Shown piece after piece: positions 51,626 to 63,720 of a stretch of DNA of 64,000 nucleotides. The DNA lies in NCBI RefSeq assembly GCF_947568905.1, contig NC_079169.1, positions 37,014,001-37,078,000 on the forward strand, written 5' to 3'. Within the stretch, counting starts at the first letter, position 1; each line of letters opens with the position of its first letter. Below the pieces are notes generated by a model. That model saw only the letters and a program-made list of their open reading frames with translations, was not told the DNA's origin and made no database searches. Source of the stretch: Ostrea edulis (lineage: Eukaryota). The position numbers and the translations under genes were made by a program.

Positions 51626-54600
51626 TTGCATCCTAGTTTACAGGACTGCATGTCAGTCTTACTTTCCTATGCTTTGCATGCACTCTTTATGGCAGAATAA
51701 TCCTCAGTTCATTTAGGCCATGATCAGACAATAACCTAAACGTCTTTGATCAAAAGTTTTTTGATTCTATATTCTTCTGATCAGTGTAGGGATACCTAAC
51801 GATTATTTCTCTTCCTAGGCTTCATTTCCTTTGTTTCATGAGTTGGTCCACTTTGTTTTCTTTCTTTTGTCTTTTAGATTATATGCATGTTTTGCAGTGC
51901 TTAATTAGGAATGTCTCCAGGTTGACTTTTGCACTAATTGCTATCATTAATTAATTTCCTTAGCCTTTGAGAATAATTACATTTATACCCATTATCACTT
52001 CACGCTTTGTGGAACAGCCCATTGGACGAATAGAATGTGTCCTAATTATCTCCCTAGAAAACATTGATTAGCATGGTGAAAACCACATAATTTGCAGTAT
52101 ATGTACATTTTCTGATTTAGTGCTTGCTGTTTTGTACATATTTTACTATGTAAAACATTTTCTTTTGCTCTGAGGAAGGTATGTAAAGTTACTTACATGT
52201 AGCAATAATAAGATTTTTATATAATATGAAGTCCCTCCATATTTGCAGCAAGTAGGCGCAATTTTTCACCACCACCCTAACATTTTAAAGTCCAGGAAAA
52301 GTTATAATACACTATCGTATTAAGATCAGTAGCATTTTTGTCTAGATAACACATCAGAAACCTAGGAATACATTCTAGGAACTTAACTTCAATTTTGGGG
52401 GGAGGGGTGTGTGTGTGCAAATTTGGCTTATACTACATATGTAGTCCTTTGTGGAAATCCTGTATACATATTTTAAGAAAACCCCAGAAGCTGACACAAT
52501 GTAAATCAGTGCTATTTTGATATGGGATGTTCTAATCTGATCACCGCACAGACAGAATGAGTGATTACATCTATATCAGCTTATAAGGTGCCAATAGGTA
52601 ACAGCACACAGACCAAGGCTGTCTTCTAGGACACTAATATAAACAGTTCAAGTTTAATATTGTCAAAATGTTTGTTTTTCTAATTGTTATAAACCTCCAC
52701 ACCATGTTGTTGACCTACGTATTGTGTACTAATTATTGAAATTTCTTTAGATATTGGTCAAGAATTCCTTTAAACTTATTGATTTTGTACAAAGTGTAGT
52801 AGAAAAAAAACCCCACCAAACAGTTGAATCAGATATAGATCTTGTTTTAGAATGAAAAGATTATGACCTTTTAACAAACATCAATAAACTTGGCTTGTGT
52901 TCAATATTGACAGACCATTTATCTTCTGAGGGTTCAATGTATTTTACACAGACTCTGGTAGTTCAGGTTCGGTACAGGTGACATGTAGGTAAATTCTGAG
53001 TTTCCTTTATGAGTTTACGTGCAGACACTGAGTCATATTTACACTGAGTAGGTGGTGATCAAGGTAAACAAAGACTCGATAGCCAGAGTTAAGAGGTTTT
53101 AACATTCGTAACACTGCATATCCTTAAAAGACCGGCACTAGAACTTTGTTCTCTTACAGAGTTTGGACATTTAAGTCATTATAACGGTGACATACCTGGC
53201 ACAATAACAAGCTATGCAGGATAGTTTGCTAATTTGCAGGCACAAAGAAATGTGCTTGGGAAGTGATTGGCCTAGTGTTTCGGAAATGCCATTGAATTTC
53301 TGGAGGAGATTTTTAGAATTAGTGATTCCATCATTATAAGGACATTCACTTGTTAATGTGATAGTGGGCGATTTCTAATTTTTATGGGAATTGAAAGTCA
53401 CTGAACTTGAAATGCCCAGGTATGATTTATTTCTGTATCAGTTGGAGAAAAAAAAGATGGTAAAAATGAAATGTACGTATGTTATTTGACAAGTCCGTTT
53501 AAAGTGATAGGACATTGCTGGTGTTTGAAGTGTATATTGATTTTATGAACATAAGCATGGTTTAGTTTTTGGTTATAAGAAATCTTTGCTTGTTGTTTAA
53601 TCTTAAATGGTTTAGTCACTTTGCATGTTAAATGTGCATTTCAGTGGGAGAATATTTTTGTAAAGTTGTGTTCTTTTCTTTCAGTCACAATACACAGACT
53701 ACAACCTTTGAGCACCCAGTGACAGGAAGACCAGTCAGCCATGCAAGTCCCACACAGTAAGTCCTTATATCTAACTCTATCAAATGAAGCAACACAAGGA
53801 ATCTAATGGTTAAAAGTTTTTTCTCACAGTGTAAAACTCCACAGACAAATCATTTATTGAAACATGATATGTGTAGTTTTTAAGAGTTTACACCTTGATG
53901 GGTATTATGCCTAATGGTTGGCAGATATAGCTGTTGGATGTATATTTTGCTTTCTGATTGAAGGGCCAATTAATGGTGGACATTTCAGTATGATGATAAT
54001 ACAAAACTTTTAACTAACTCCTGTGGTTCATTCAGGGTTAAGCTGAATGATGTTGGCCTTATATATATAAGCTGAATGATGTTGGCCATTATCCAACCTT
54101 GCTGTTCGATCTGTTGTCAGGAAAATTTGACTAATGGTGAACACGATTAGCAGATTACTGGTGACAATATACACTAACTAATAAGATTATTCTGTAACAA
54201 ATCCAGTTGGTCACCACTTTCTTTGTTTGGTTAATGCAGAGACTTAGGTCATCCCTGCATTTGTTACCAATTCTGGAAAATGGTCTGATTGAACATTTTG
54301 AAACTTTATGATCTTTGTAGGTTCAACCTGTTGTATTGTTTGGGCTTGGCTGACAGCTTCTGTCATGCTGAGAAAATGTATTAGGATTACATTCAAACTT
54401 TAATGGGATTAAATCTATTCCAGAGGCTTATGCTTTCAAAGTTGTAATTTATATCAACAGTCATTTAGACTGGCAAATTTTTGGCTTACATATGGAGAGG
54501 GAATTGTAGAATGAATTTTACTGTACTAGAATCTCAGAGAATTTTAAGTAGTTTTGATGGTAAGTAAACATTTTATAAGTGAAGAAACTTGAGTTTCTGC

Positions 54601-55805
54601 ATGGAAAATGGTTTTTAAACTGATGCTTTGCTAGAGGATGTAAATTCTCAGGAATTATTGCAATTGGTTTGAAACACAGTATGTATGTATGATAGATGTG
54701 ATAAAGATTAATCAAAATGTTTAGTGATGTGATTTATTGAAAATTAATGGTTGTCTGATAAACTATAAATCAGAGTTTATATTGCAATTTTATATGGAAA
54801 AAATTCTTTGTAAATCTTTTTCTATGAGAATGGAAGTGCAAGGACTAAGTATTAAGTTTTAACTTTCTGATGGTGAAAATCTTGAAAGTGTAAAACTTTG
54901 ATTTAAATGCAGTACATTTATAGATTCCATGATTTAATCTGATCTTACTGAGATAGCTGTACTGATTATTCTCCATGTAATAAATGTTGCATTATTTGAT
55001 AGGTCCCCCACCTCTGCAGCCTCTCCCCCTAGCAGTCCTGGTGGTGGAACCCCGGTAAGTACTGTTCATACAGGAACAGAATCTACCGAAGTTTGCCTGT
55101 ACTTCTGGTTGGTTCTTAACAAAATTTTAGGTCACCTTAGTGATGGCTATCGGTCTGCATCTGTTGTCGTGCGTTAACAATTGAACAATTTAAAAAACAA
55201 TTCTTGATAACTATAACTACCCTTCCAATTCTTTACAAATTTGATATGAAGCATCTTAAGGACAAGAGGGACGTAAATTGTAAATTTCAGGACCCCTACA
55301 CCCCAGGAATTTAAGGATGGTTCAAAAACTGCAAAAAATTGAGCAATTTTCCAAAAATTTTGCTTACCACTGCTTAAGAAAAACTAAATGTATTGTCATA
55401 TAGAACAGGAAGGTCTCTACCAAAATTGTGAATTTCATGATCCCCGGGGTAAAGGTTTTGACTCCAGGGGGGTGGGGATAAACTTTTCATATAGTGTTTG
55501 AATATGAAACATTTAAATAACATTGATAATAAACTGAAAGTAAATGAATATTTAGAAGGAGCAGGTAGCCTTTTACCAAAATTGTATATTTCATGATAGT
55601 GATTAAATATCTATCATTTGAAAAACTTCTTAATTTTGCTGATACTGTATAAAAACTAAATGCATATTTAGGAGAAGCCAAAAGGGATGCACCAAAATTG
55701 TGGATTTCACATTCCTAGGGTTCTGACGGGTCCAAGGGCGGGTCCAAAATAGTCATTTAGAATTGATATATATCTCAAGTCTTTCATCAGTATGGGCACT
55801 TTCAG

Positions 55806-55836
<31 letters not shown>

Positions 55837-58800
55837 TTTGTGTTTTAAGAATGTATCTTGTTTTAATTATACTGAGTGATCGTCAGGTTAGTTTAGATAG
55901 CAGGAAAATGATAGATATCACAGCTCTGGGGTTAATGATACTTTTAACTAATACTCTGGTGACTGATAAGGCCTATGGACCTTTACTTACTAAAAGTGTT
56001 CGTTATATAACATTTTGTTAACACTATCATATGTGATAAATGTATTAAACATTTTTGTAATTTTTTTTAGAAGTCTCCTGTAAGATCCCCAACAAAGTTA
56101 AGGTAGGAGTGTTAAATCACATTCCACTGACTCCATAGAGAACATTCCACTGATTTCATAGAGAAGATTTTTATTCTAGTTTGGTATTTTTTTTCCTATT
56201 CGTGTCTTTGGAAGCAATTTTCAGTAAATTTTGAACTTTACAGAGCTTTAAAGGCACCAGCCGCAAAACGAGAAGAAACCGCAATGGTAACCCTAAAGGG
56301 CTGGCTCTATCGTCAGGTTAGTCAACATCAGGAAATTTTATAATGGAATGTTTAGCATACAAAAGCTATACTTCTGCGTGGCTAGAAAAGTATGATTTAT
56401 CTGATTTCACAGGAAAGCAGTGGCCTGAAGTCTTGGAAGAAGAGGTGGTGTGTCCTAGCTGACTTCGGACTCTTCTTCTACAAAGGTTAGTAATTTAATA
56501 CCAGTACATCCTTTCACGTGTCTGGTTTGAATTTTACATTTCAGCCATGAACTTCCAGTTTATATCTAGTTGTTTTAAAAGCTGTTTAAGTAAAAAAAAA
56601 TATTTGACACAGTTTTATAAAAGGTTAGTCCTACCTTTTATAAAAGGAGGTGTAGCACTCGAAATAAAATCATAACCAATGGAAAGCATTGAATAAATAT
56701 TATATTTTCTAGGTATTAGAGACTTTGTAGTCATTATTTAAGAAATGAAACTTATAATTCTTTGTATGAGGCATGTATCAAACGAAACATTGGTCGGAAA
56801 ACTTCATCAATGCACATAGCGCATTGATGAAAAAGTTTTCTGTCCAATATTTCGTTTGATACATGCATCAAACAAAGAATTATAAGTTTTATTTCTTATC
56901 ATTTAATTATGTTTTTAAGATAGAAAAACAAATAGTTTCTCCCATCAAAAAGCTTGAATTAACATTTTTGAAATGGCGCATAGGAATGCATATATGTAAG
57001 AATGAAAACAACAACAAAACGGCATGGCTGTGCGTTCAGGTCAGGTACAGTACTGTGCAGATTTAAATGGACTATACGCCAAATTAAAAGTGCAATTGTT
57101 AAAAGCTGAATTAAATATAAAGGAAGATAACAAGTGGTGACTGGATTTATGCTGCATTGTGTTGGAGGAGACGTTGAACACTGGTTGTGTTGTTGGAACG
57201 GTGGAATGCAACTCGGCTCCATGCTCCATTTCAATATCGAGTAAAAAGTTCAACACCTCTTCATCTAAAACGCACTCGTTGACTGAGACCCATATAATGC
57301 AGTTCAATTTAATTAATATTTACCAGATCAGAAGTCGCCACTTGCTCCGTCATGTTATCGATCTCGTAAAGCAGGTGATTCATACCGGGAACTAGTGTAA
57401 TCTGTCTACTTCTACCAATAAGTGGTCTACGTCATCAAGTTGACAATTGTGCCACGTCATCGCTCATGTATGTTGTTTCTTTAAATTAATTTGTATTTTA
57501 TTCATATCTTTAGTTGTGCTTAATTGAACAGTCAGGTAGGAATGCTTACAAACATAAGATTCCTTGCATTTGGTGATATTCACATACCCATTACCATTCC
57601 TGATGCCAACTAGACAACAAGAGTATTATAGTTTATTATGTTTATTAAAGACTAATCAAAAGGGTACAACATATGTTCCGAACTGTGATGGACATTAGGG
57701 AATTGGCATTGAAACGGCCGCATTGTGGGATATACAATAAAAAACTGGGTCCAGAAGGGATAGCTGGTATACCGACTAATAAGTACCGGGCAAAACCAGT
57801 GGCCCTGCGTTGGGCGCAGGTGCCAAGGATCCCAAATTTAGGTGGTACTAGACATTTGGGTCCGAGATTGTTGAGAGCACATCTGTATACCTGCTTCCCG
57901 GTGATTGCTTCTGGTTAGTAGTACTTCTCTACCCAAGTACTCCAGTACTAAGTCTCCCCTCCTGTTATGAGAGGTGGAGAGGGCCCCAAGCCTGCAGGCT
58001 TTGCTATGACCCCAATCGAAAACTTTGCCTTACATGGCATACATTTGTAGATAACCTGTCTACCCAACATTTTTTACTTGATAACATGCTCTACATAGCA
58101 TACATTTGTAGACAACCTGTCTACCCAACATTGCGCCCACCACTATGCATAATGGCTGGGCAGGGAAACCACGAGCCAGATATGCCCACAACCCTCCTAT
58201 CCATCCCTACGGACCCGCCACATACATCGATATGATGTTCCTCCATTACTCAGGGGATACTTTCTCCCAGGATAGGGGACAACAAACCCTTTGTTAGATG
58301 ATTATAAAGATGTGTTGCAAAGCTCAGCTACGGGAGTACCAACAAATTTGTAGTATATATATATTGAATTATATATAGGTGAGAGGAGAAACTCGCTTCG
58401 GCTGTACCGGGAACCCCTGCATTACTAGTCAGGTGCTCTAACCACTGAGCTATCCAGGCCGACATTCACGGTCCGTATAGCCCAATTACTACATTCCTCC
58501 CTCCTTAAACAGTCTTCGCCCTCGAAGACACAACCCAGATTCTGACCCCTGACAGGACCTGCGACTGCAAGACCAGGGGTAGTCAACAGCACCAAATGTA
58601 GTAAATATATAATGTATTAGTATATATAGGAGAGGGGAGAAACTCTTTGTCTGGACCGGGAATCGAACCAAGGACCCCCTGCACTACCAGACAGGTGCTC
58701 TAACCACTGAGCTATCCAGGTCGATTTCCACGGACCGCATAGCCCTAATTACTACATTCCTCCTGCCTTAAACAGTCTTCGCCCTCGAAGACACATAACC

Positions 58801-61800
58801 CAGATTCTTCTGGCCCCTGACAGGACCTTCACCTGCAAGACCAAGGCAGGGCTTGAAGCGAACTTTTTATTTCACCAGTCCAGGTGGACTGATGGGGTAT
58901 AATTTCAACCAGTCCGCAGAAAATTACCAGTCCAACAGATGTTTAAATTATAAAATGAAATTTAACTCAATATGTCTCTGACAATATTGTAACACTTGTG
59001 TGAGATTAATGTTTATTAATTGGGTTCATCTGATATCTACAAAAGGATGCCAAATGTGTGTATAAGATTTCATAAGTATATTTTCCAAAATGAAGCATTA
59101 GAAAATTAACCAGTCCCATCAGACTGACTAAAACAAATGTCGGTCAGTCCGCCAGACTTTTAACCAGTCACAGACTGACGTGCATATGTTAATTCGAGCC
59201 CTGCAGGGGTGGTCAACGGCACCAAATGTAGTAGATATATATATATAGATGTATAGTATACTAGCATCGTAAAGTGCGCTCAAATATACAAGTTCCTGGG
59301 AGACATAGAGTTGGTCGGCCAATGCTATTTTGGAGAGAGCTGACGGAGAAAGATCATAGGGAGTGGAAGCTCTCAACTGCCGACCCTCATGACCGGAAAG
59401 AATGGAGATCTGAGGAATAGTAGAGTACATGGCTCTATTTGTTATGATGAATTTAGTAAAACACTGTATATGAATCTGACCAAGCGTGTCCACGGGATCC
59501 TAGATTTCCCACGCAGATTTCAAAGGATAGACTGATGAATATATATACCCTCCCAGATTTTACGTGGCACGTGGGCACCAATTGGGTTGAAAAAACTCGG
59601 GGTTTGAATTAGATTTATGAAATGGCGAGCCCTGATTTCGGCACTACTTTTAGTGTTGTATGTGGGAATATTTTGATTTTATATTGTGGCACATGGGCGC
59701 CAATTGGGGTATGAAATTAGAGAGCATCTGCTATGTTTCAGTGCCAATCTGCTCGTGTCTGGGACGGAAAAGGAAGTGCTATGTGCACATTAACTCGTAC
59801 TATGATGGCTTTGGTTTTGATTAATTCGTTCGATTTTTAGATCGGCCAACATTGGAAACAGTTCTTCCGTCAATTAAATGAGATTAATCTGGCATGAAGG
59901 CAAATTAATCTGTATTATTTTTGATAGCAATGAAAAACAAAAATCAAACGAATGTATTTCGTTATATATAATGCTTGTGTGGAAAATCCCGTTCTATAAA
60001 TAGCGCTAAAATTAGAATGGGGAAGACGCATTCCAGAGAAAAGTAGTCCCGCATGCTTAGTGCAGATGAACTCCGAACGAAATTTTGACACAGAAATCAA
60101 ACTCAAACGAATTTTTCAACCAATCAGCATCGTTGTTAAGTCATCACTTTAAAACTTATTAAATGATATACTATTCATCAATAAAGGTTGGTATCCTCGG
60201 CAGTATAGCACTCCTTGTAAAATCATATTCAGTGGAAAGCATCAAATATATATGATATGGTCAAGATAAATAAATTTGTTTCTGGTTCGTCGTCCAATCC
60301 TAAATTTTATGAGGTAACACTATTGAATATTTACCCCTTTTCCTCCGAAAGGAAAGAATTTCGGTTTTACTTTTAGAAATCCTAATCTTGGTCACTTCAG
60401 TATTTGAGAAAATGCTTTTATGTATTCTACTCGGGAATCATGATTGAATAACGATTTTTCATGGTAAAATGCATCGTACTTGTCAAGTATCCCAGGAGAT
60501 AAAAAGCAATGTAAAAATTGTGCTTCCACTTTGTAAAGACTGTTATTCACAATACTGCCAGTAAATCACTATGAACACTGTGAATGTGGTTTTATTGCCA
60601 ATATCAATAAAATGTTTTCTTTACTTACCTACCCTGTGTTTTTTTTACAGACCGGAATAGGAAACGCACAATTTATTCATCTCGGCCTAATTATGTATCT
60701 TTGTAAGAAGGAATAGCACTTTATGTAAACCATGATTGATGAATGGCATGTGATGTAATCTTTTGGTATTATAGATGTTTAACTACTCTGCGAGAGTTTG
60801 TATCCTCAAAAAGAAGTACAGCACTTAAAGGAGATGGAAATTGATCAATAGTATTAATATGTATAAATGTACTACATGCTTTTGTGCTCTTGGTTTTGGA
60901 CATGATGGATTATTGTATCATTTTAAGTACTGTATCTTATAGGGCTAGGATTATGCAGTAATAAGCTAATTTGATAAGATTTGATACCTGACTCGCAATA
61001 TGATGGATCATACATATCACAATGCTTTATTAGAAGAAATGAGTATTGAACAGATTTATTTACAATGCAAAACATGTTTGTTGTATTTCTGTTATATTTT
61101 AGAATCACATTAATATGTACAAATGATCCATTTTATGTCTATTTTCTTCAAATACAAGCATTCTGAATGTATTGCATACTACTGATTTACTACCAGTGGG
61201 AGAACTAGTTTTACCCACAGCCGGTTTCCCTATGCCATGTTATTTTTGACAAAATATGTGCTATAGCTTTAATTATATATTTTTCCAATCTTGCATTGGT
61301 TCTTCATGGGTCATCCCAGTCCTTCTCTGATAGTGCAGATACTAAATTAAAAAAGGTTACCAATATATCGATCATTTTGAAGAGTTGTCATGATTTAAGT
61401 AATTCATACATGCATGAAAACCTGTACTTTTTCAGACGATAAAGAGCATCATTCTGTAGGATCCATTTTGTTGCCTAGCTACCAAATATCCCAGTGTGTT
61501 TTGGGAGAAAGCAACAAGAAGTTTGCCTTTAAGGCAGAACACAACAATATGAAGACCTACTTTTTCGCGTCAGACAGTCAAAATGACATGGAGAGATGGA
61601 TAAAGGCTCTCAAACTAGCAGCAGCCCTCAAGGGGGTCCCCAAGTATGTATAACAGTCACCGAGTCCCTCTGCAATTTGGCTTCTAAGTACTTGATGGAA
61701 CCATACAGATAATACTAAAACACACTTGTGTCTATAATTTCACAAAAAAATCTTACAGCTAATTAGATAAATATTTTTTTTCGTCTTTATACTCAATGGA

Positions 61801-62783
61801 GTGCAACTATGCCCTGAGTAAGAATGCCAGTTTTTCACCTATGTGTATACTTCAATTTTGCTCAAGCAAAAATATATGAGTGAAGAATTGTAAAAGAATG
61901 ACTGTTTTAAAATTTTCATCTTAATCGTGCAAGATTTTTTATGAAAAGGGCCATTGAGAATTTGTCGGATATATTTAGCCTTATACTTATTAGTTTCTGT
62001 ATTTTATTACAGAAGATCTCCTGAGCCCAATAACAACACACCAAAATTAATCCCCAAGTCAGCATTTATGGAATGGGATGAGGACGAAGATGAGGATGTG
62101 AAGAAGAGATTTAGTGGGCCGCCAGAATTTCCTCCATCTAGCAAGTCTCATTCACAATCTGCTTTTGGACCATATCAAGGTCCTGGACAAACTAGGCTTG
62201 CACCAGAGAGAAACAGAAATCAAATTCCTGAGAACCGTAGTCCGAATCAGAGACGGTATGACGAGTTTCCTACTGATCCAAGAGCTCAGGTGAATCATAG
62301 GCCTCCGGACAGAAGGCCAGAACGAGCTAGGCCGCGTAGTGAGGAATTTCCTCCCCCTAGAAATTATCAAAGGGACAATTTACAGGGATCCAATGAACCT
62401 CAGAATAGGAGGTCATACCACGAACCAGATTCACGGGAAAGATCCTATAACAATCGGGATCCAAGAAACTCGAGATCAAATACTGTGGACAATCATTACC
62501 CTAGATACAAGGATGAGGTGGATGCAAGGTTAGGCTTCCCCAGAGTGGCAGATTACAGTAAAGCAGCTTATGATCGTGAGCGAGACAAAGAAAATTCATA
62601 CATTGAAGACAATGTCTATAGTAAACCTGTGAAAAAACTTAATAGAGATCTGTCTCCTCATGAACGATTTGAGGAGAGAGGAGGACATCATCGGATGAAA
62701 GAGCAGAGAGTTCAAGGTCAGATGTCACCAGGGGGCAAGGATGATGAAAACCCATATGTTCACATGGCACAGCATGACCCAAG
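41255..62783 (+). CDS. PLEKHA5/7: WW-WW-PH protein of the PLEKHA5/6/7 family, 5' part (continues beyond the window)
   Basis: Exons 41255-41334, 41518-41594, 49537-49594, 53685-53756, 55003-55054, 56071-56102, 56244-56316, 56413-56485, 61436-61643, 62013-62783; all GT-AG and phase-compatible. WW1: RDGRIFFID.DRTRTTSWLHP. WW2: [69 protein letters not shown]...GSILLPSYQI...FAFKAEHNNMKTYFFASDSQNDMERWIKAL. Confidence 0.92.
41888..42992. mobile_element. Helentron-type non-autonomous element with ~155-173-bp (Cg170-like) satellite cores
   Basis: tttttagctcacctgaaccgaaggttcaagtgagc palindrome, (GTT)n, about 6 tandem cores (tcttcttctcaagaaccac recurs) and the end ggtgagcgatgtggcccatgggcctcttgtt. Confidence 0.85.
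43764..44616. mobile_element. hAT-like MITE
   Basis: TIR cagggtttggca / tgtcaaaccctg with accagtcggact subterminal motifs; flanking 6-bp duplication ttcatt (43758-43763, 44617-44622). Confidence 0.75.
48279..48845. mobile_element. Hairpin-capped element carrying a tRNA-like (A/B-box) segment
   Basis: A box tggctcagtagg (48285-48296) and B box gttcgagtcc (48330-48339). Palindrome at ~48731-48843, preceded by gataagaaataa. Confidence 0.6.
50645..50955. repeat. About 4.6 x 67-bp tandem repeat
   Basis: tgatcagaa recurs at 50646, 50711, 50778, 50845 and 50912. Confidence 0.95.
50956..51490 (+). mobile_element. 3' fragment of a Penelope-like element (GIY-YIG endonuclease + pseudo-LTR region)
   Basis: MTCKSENVIYCMTCPTCNENYIGQT...HKQQI...CSEHFANC is the PLE GIY-YIG motif with CCHH residues. 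After one frameshift it continues KEEYFIKLFNPKLNRK* (stop 51255-51257). Confidence 0.85.
51425..51476 (+). ncRNA. Minimal type I hammerhead ribozyme
   Basis: ACTGT(51428-32) CTGAAGA GGC-ATTAAA-GCC GAA AGCGCT A ACAGT(51462-66). All core nucleotides, stem I and stem II are present, and stem III is the palindrome AGCGCT. Predicted cleavage is after A51461. Confidence 0.85.
51568..51621. repeat. (TA)n microsatellite
   Basis: Perfect TA run. Confidence 0.95.
55123..55862 (-). mobile_element. pearl/HINE-type element
   Basis: ttttaggtcacct at one end and poly-G (55805-55834) + catttgtgttttaagaatgtatcttgtt at the other, mirroring the 5' end of the 29583 element; about 3 degenerate cores. Confidence 0.7.
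56748..57430 (-). mobile_element. Hairpin-capped element with a possible Crypton/tyrosine-recombinase C-terminal remnant
   Basis: Palindrome at 56748-56889 followed by ttatttcttatc. Minus ORF 57041-57307 contains SSFIFNSAFNNCTFN, like the low-complexity tails I recall on mollusc Crypton/DUF3504-type proteins. The right boundary is uncertain. Confidence 0.5.
58649..58721 (-). pseudogene. tRNA-Thr-like sequence inside TRIM LTR2 (T-arm-deleted copy at ~58401-58459 in LTR1)
   Basis: acctggaTAGCTCAGTGGTTAGAGCAcctgtctGGTagtgcagggggtccttGGTTCGATTCCcggtccagac: intact D arm and A/B boxes, anticodon GGT (AGT in LTR1), imperfect acceptor, anticodon and T stems. Confidence 0.75.
58847..59203. mobile_element. 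hAT-like MITE inserted in the TRIM internal region
   Basis: TIR cagggcttgaa / ttcgagccctg with repeated accagtc motifs. The TRIM internal sequence (gaccaagg | caggggtggtcaacggcacca) resumes on the far side. The TSD is not clean. Confidence 0.75.
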
Positions 62784-62869
62784 GTATTGATTTTTCACAC
62801 AAGATATTTTCTATATCACGTACCTAATCAGACATTGTTTGCTTTATGTTACTGTTATGTGGAATCCTT

Positions 62870-63055
62870 TAAATCTGGTGGGGCCAGTTTTCATGGATTG
62901 CCAAGATTTTACAGAGTTGTTGCGATTTAATTTTGTGGATATGGTATCTGTGTGTTAAAGCATTAAATATATGTGTATTTAGTTGTGGTTTGAAATTGGT
63001 GCTATGAAATTCACAAAAATTGAGCCCCCACAAAATTGAATGATTCCACAGTACC
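62870..63055. mobile_element. TACTGT-type MITE
   Basis: tgtggaatcc...ggggccagttttcatgga ... ccccacaaaattgaatgattccacagtac, homologous to 35763-35978. Confidence 0.6.
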
Positions 63056-63243
63056 ATTTCTGAGCAATTAGAAAAGTTGATCTGAGATTCTGAGAAGCCA
63101 CTCCAAACAGTGAAGCTAGATGAGCTACAAAGGCATTTGAATTTGGATCTGCTGTATAAAGCTTGGACAGTATCAAGTGATATTGTGATGATCATAATTT
63201 GTAAAATGAGTACTGTAAAGCAGTGTGGTTTGAACAAGCTAAC

Positions 63244-63720
63244 TTAAAGGACACAGCACATGTTTCTAAGCTTTTTAGCAATTTTCAGCAAAATTAATTC
63301 TATTCATGCCTAAAACTACTCTAAATGTGTTTTATATGAAATATTTTGTGTAGTTTTCGAGTTTGAAAGCAATAAAATTCAAATCCTGCGATATGCATAT
63401 TTACTTTCAATATTTACGCGCAATTGTGTGTGACGTCATATGCGTCATTGGGTTTGAAAACTCGACAAAAGCCAATTATCATGTTATGGGCTTGTAAATA
63501 ACATTGCATTAAGGTGTTTTGTACTGTTTAAGGGTGCACTATTTGTCGGTAGAAAGGATGTTTTCAATGTTTCGAAGGAAAGAGTGAGAAAAAACACATG
63601 GATAATTTTTTGTCAGCGTGAGGATTTTGCCTTAAAAAACACCTAGTCATCTTTGTCCATGTACTTTTTCAAAAACCATTTGGAAAGAGACCCAAATAAA
63701 CTGCGAGAACATGGATATAT
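63244..63720. mobile_element. Probable TTAA-type MITE, one end only
   Basis: Begins ttaaaggacacagcacatgtttc, resembling the TTAA+AGG termini of the 6117 element; I could not find the matching right TIR. Confidence 0.4.

Larger units (their letters stand above)
58349..59260 (-). mobile_element. Tandem terminal-repeat retrotransposon in miniature (TRIM) with tRNA-like LTRs
   Basis: LTRs TGTAGT...ACTACA at 58349-58493 and 58597-58756, plus a third LTR end at 59227. On the minus strand each ~100-bp internal part starts with a PBS (ttTGGTGCTGTTGAC / ttTGGTGCCGTTGAC) and ends in a polypurine tract (AAGGAGGGAGGAA 58494-58506; AAGGCAGGAGGAA 58757-58769) abutting the next LTR. Confidence 0.85.

Noticed and set aside
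58649-58721. Functional tRNA-Thr gene (likewise the tRNA-like segments at 48279 and 29050-29120)
   Set aside because: Mismatched acceptor, anticodon and T stems, and all are embedded in mobile elements.
60385-60560. Stop-free ~55-codon minus-strand stretch (…LSPGILDKYDAFYHEKSLFNHDSRVEYIKAF…)
   Set aside because: Protein-like composition, but no start codon, splice context or motif I recognise; it needs a tBLASTn/HHpred search before any claim.
62152-62533. Overlapping alternative-frame and antisense ORFs
   Set aside because: Shadows of the GC-richer PLEKHA exon 10.
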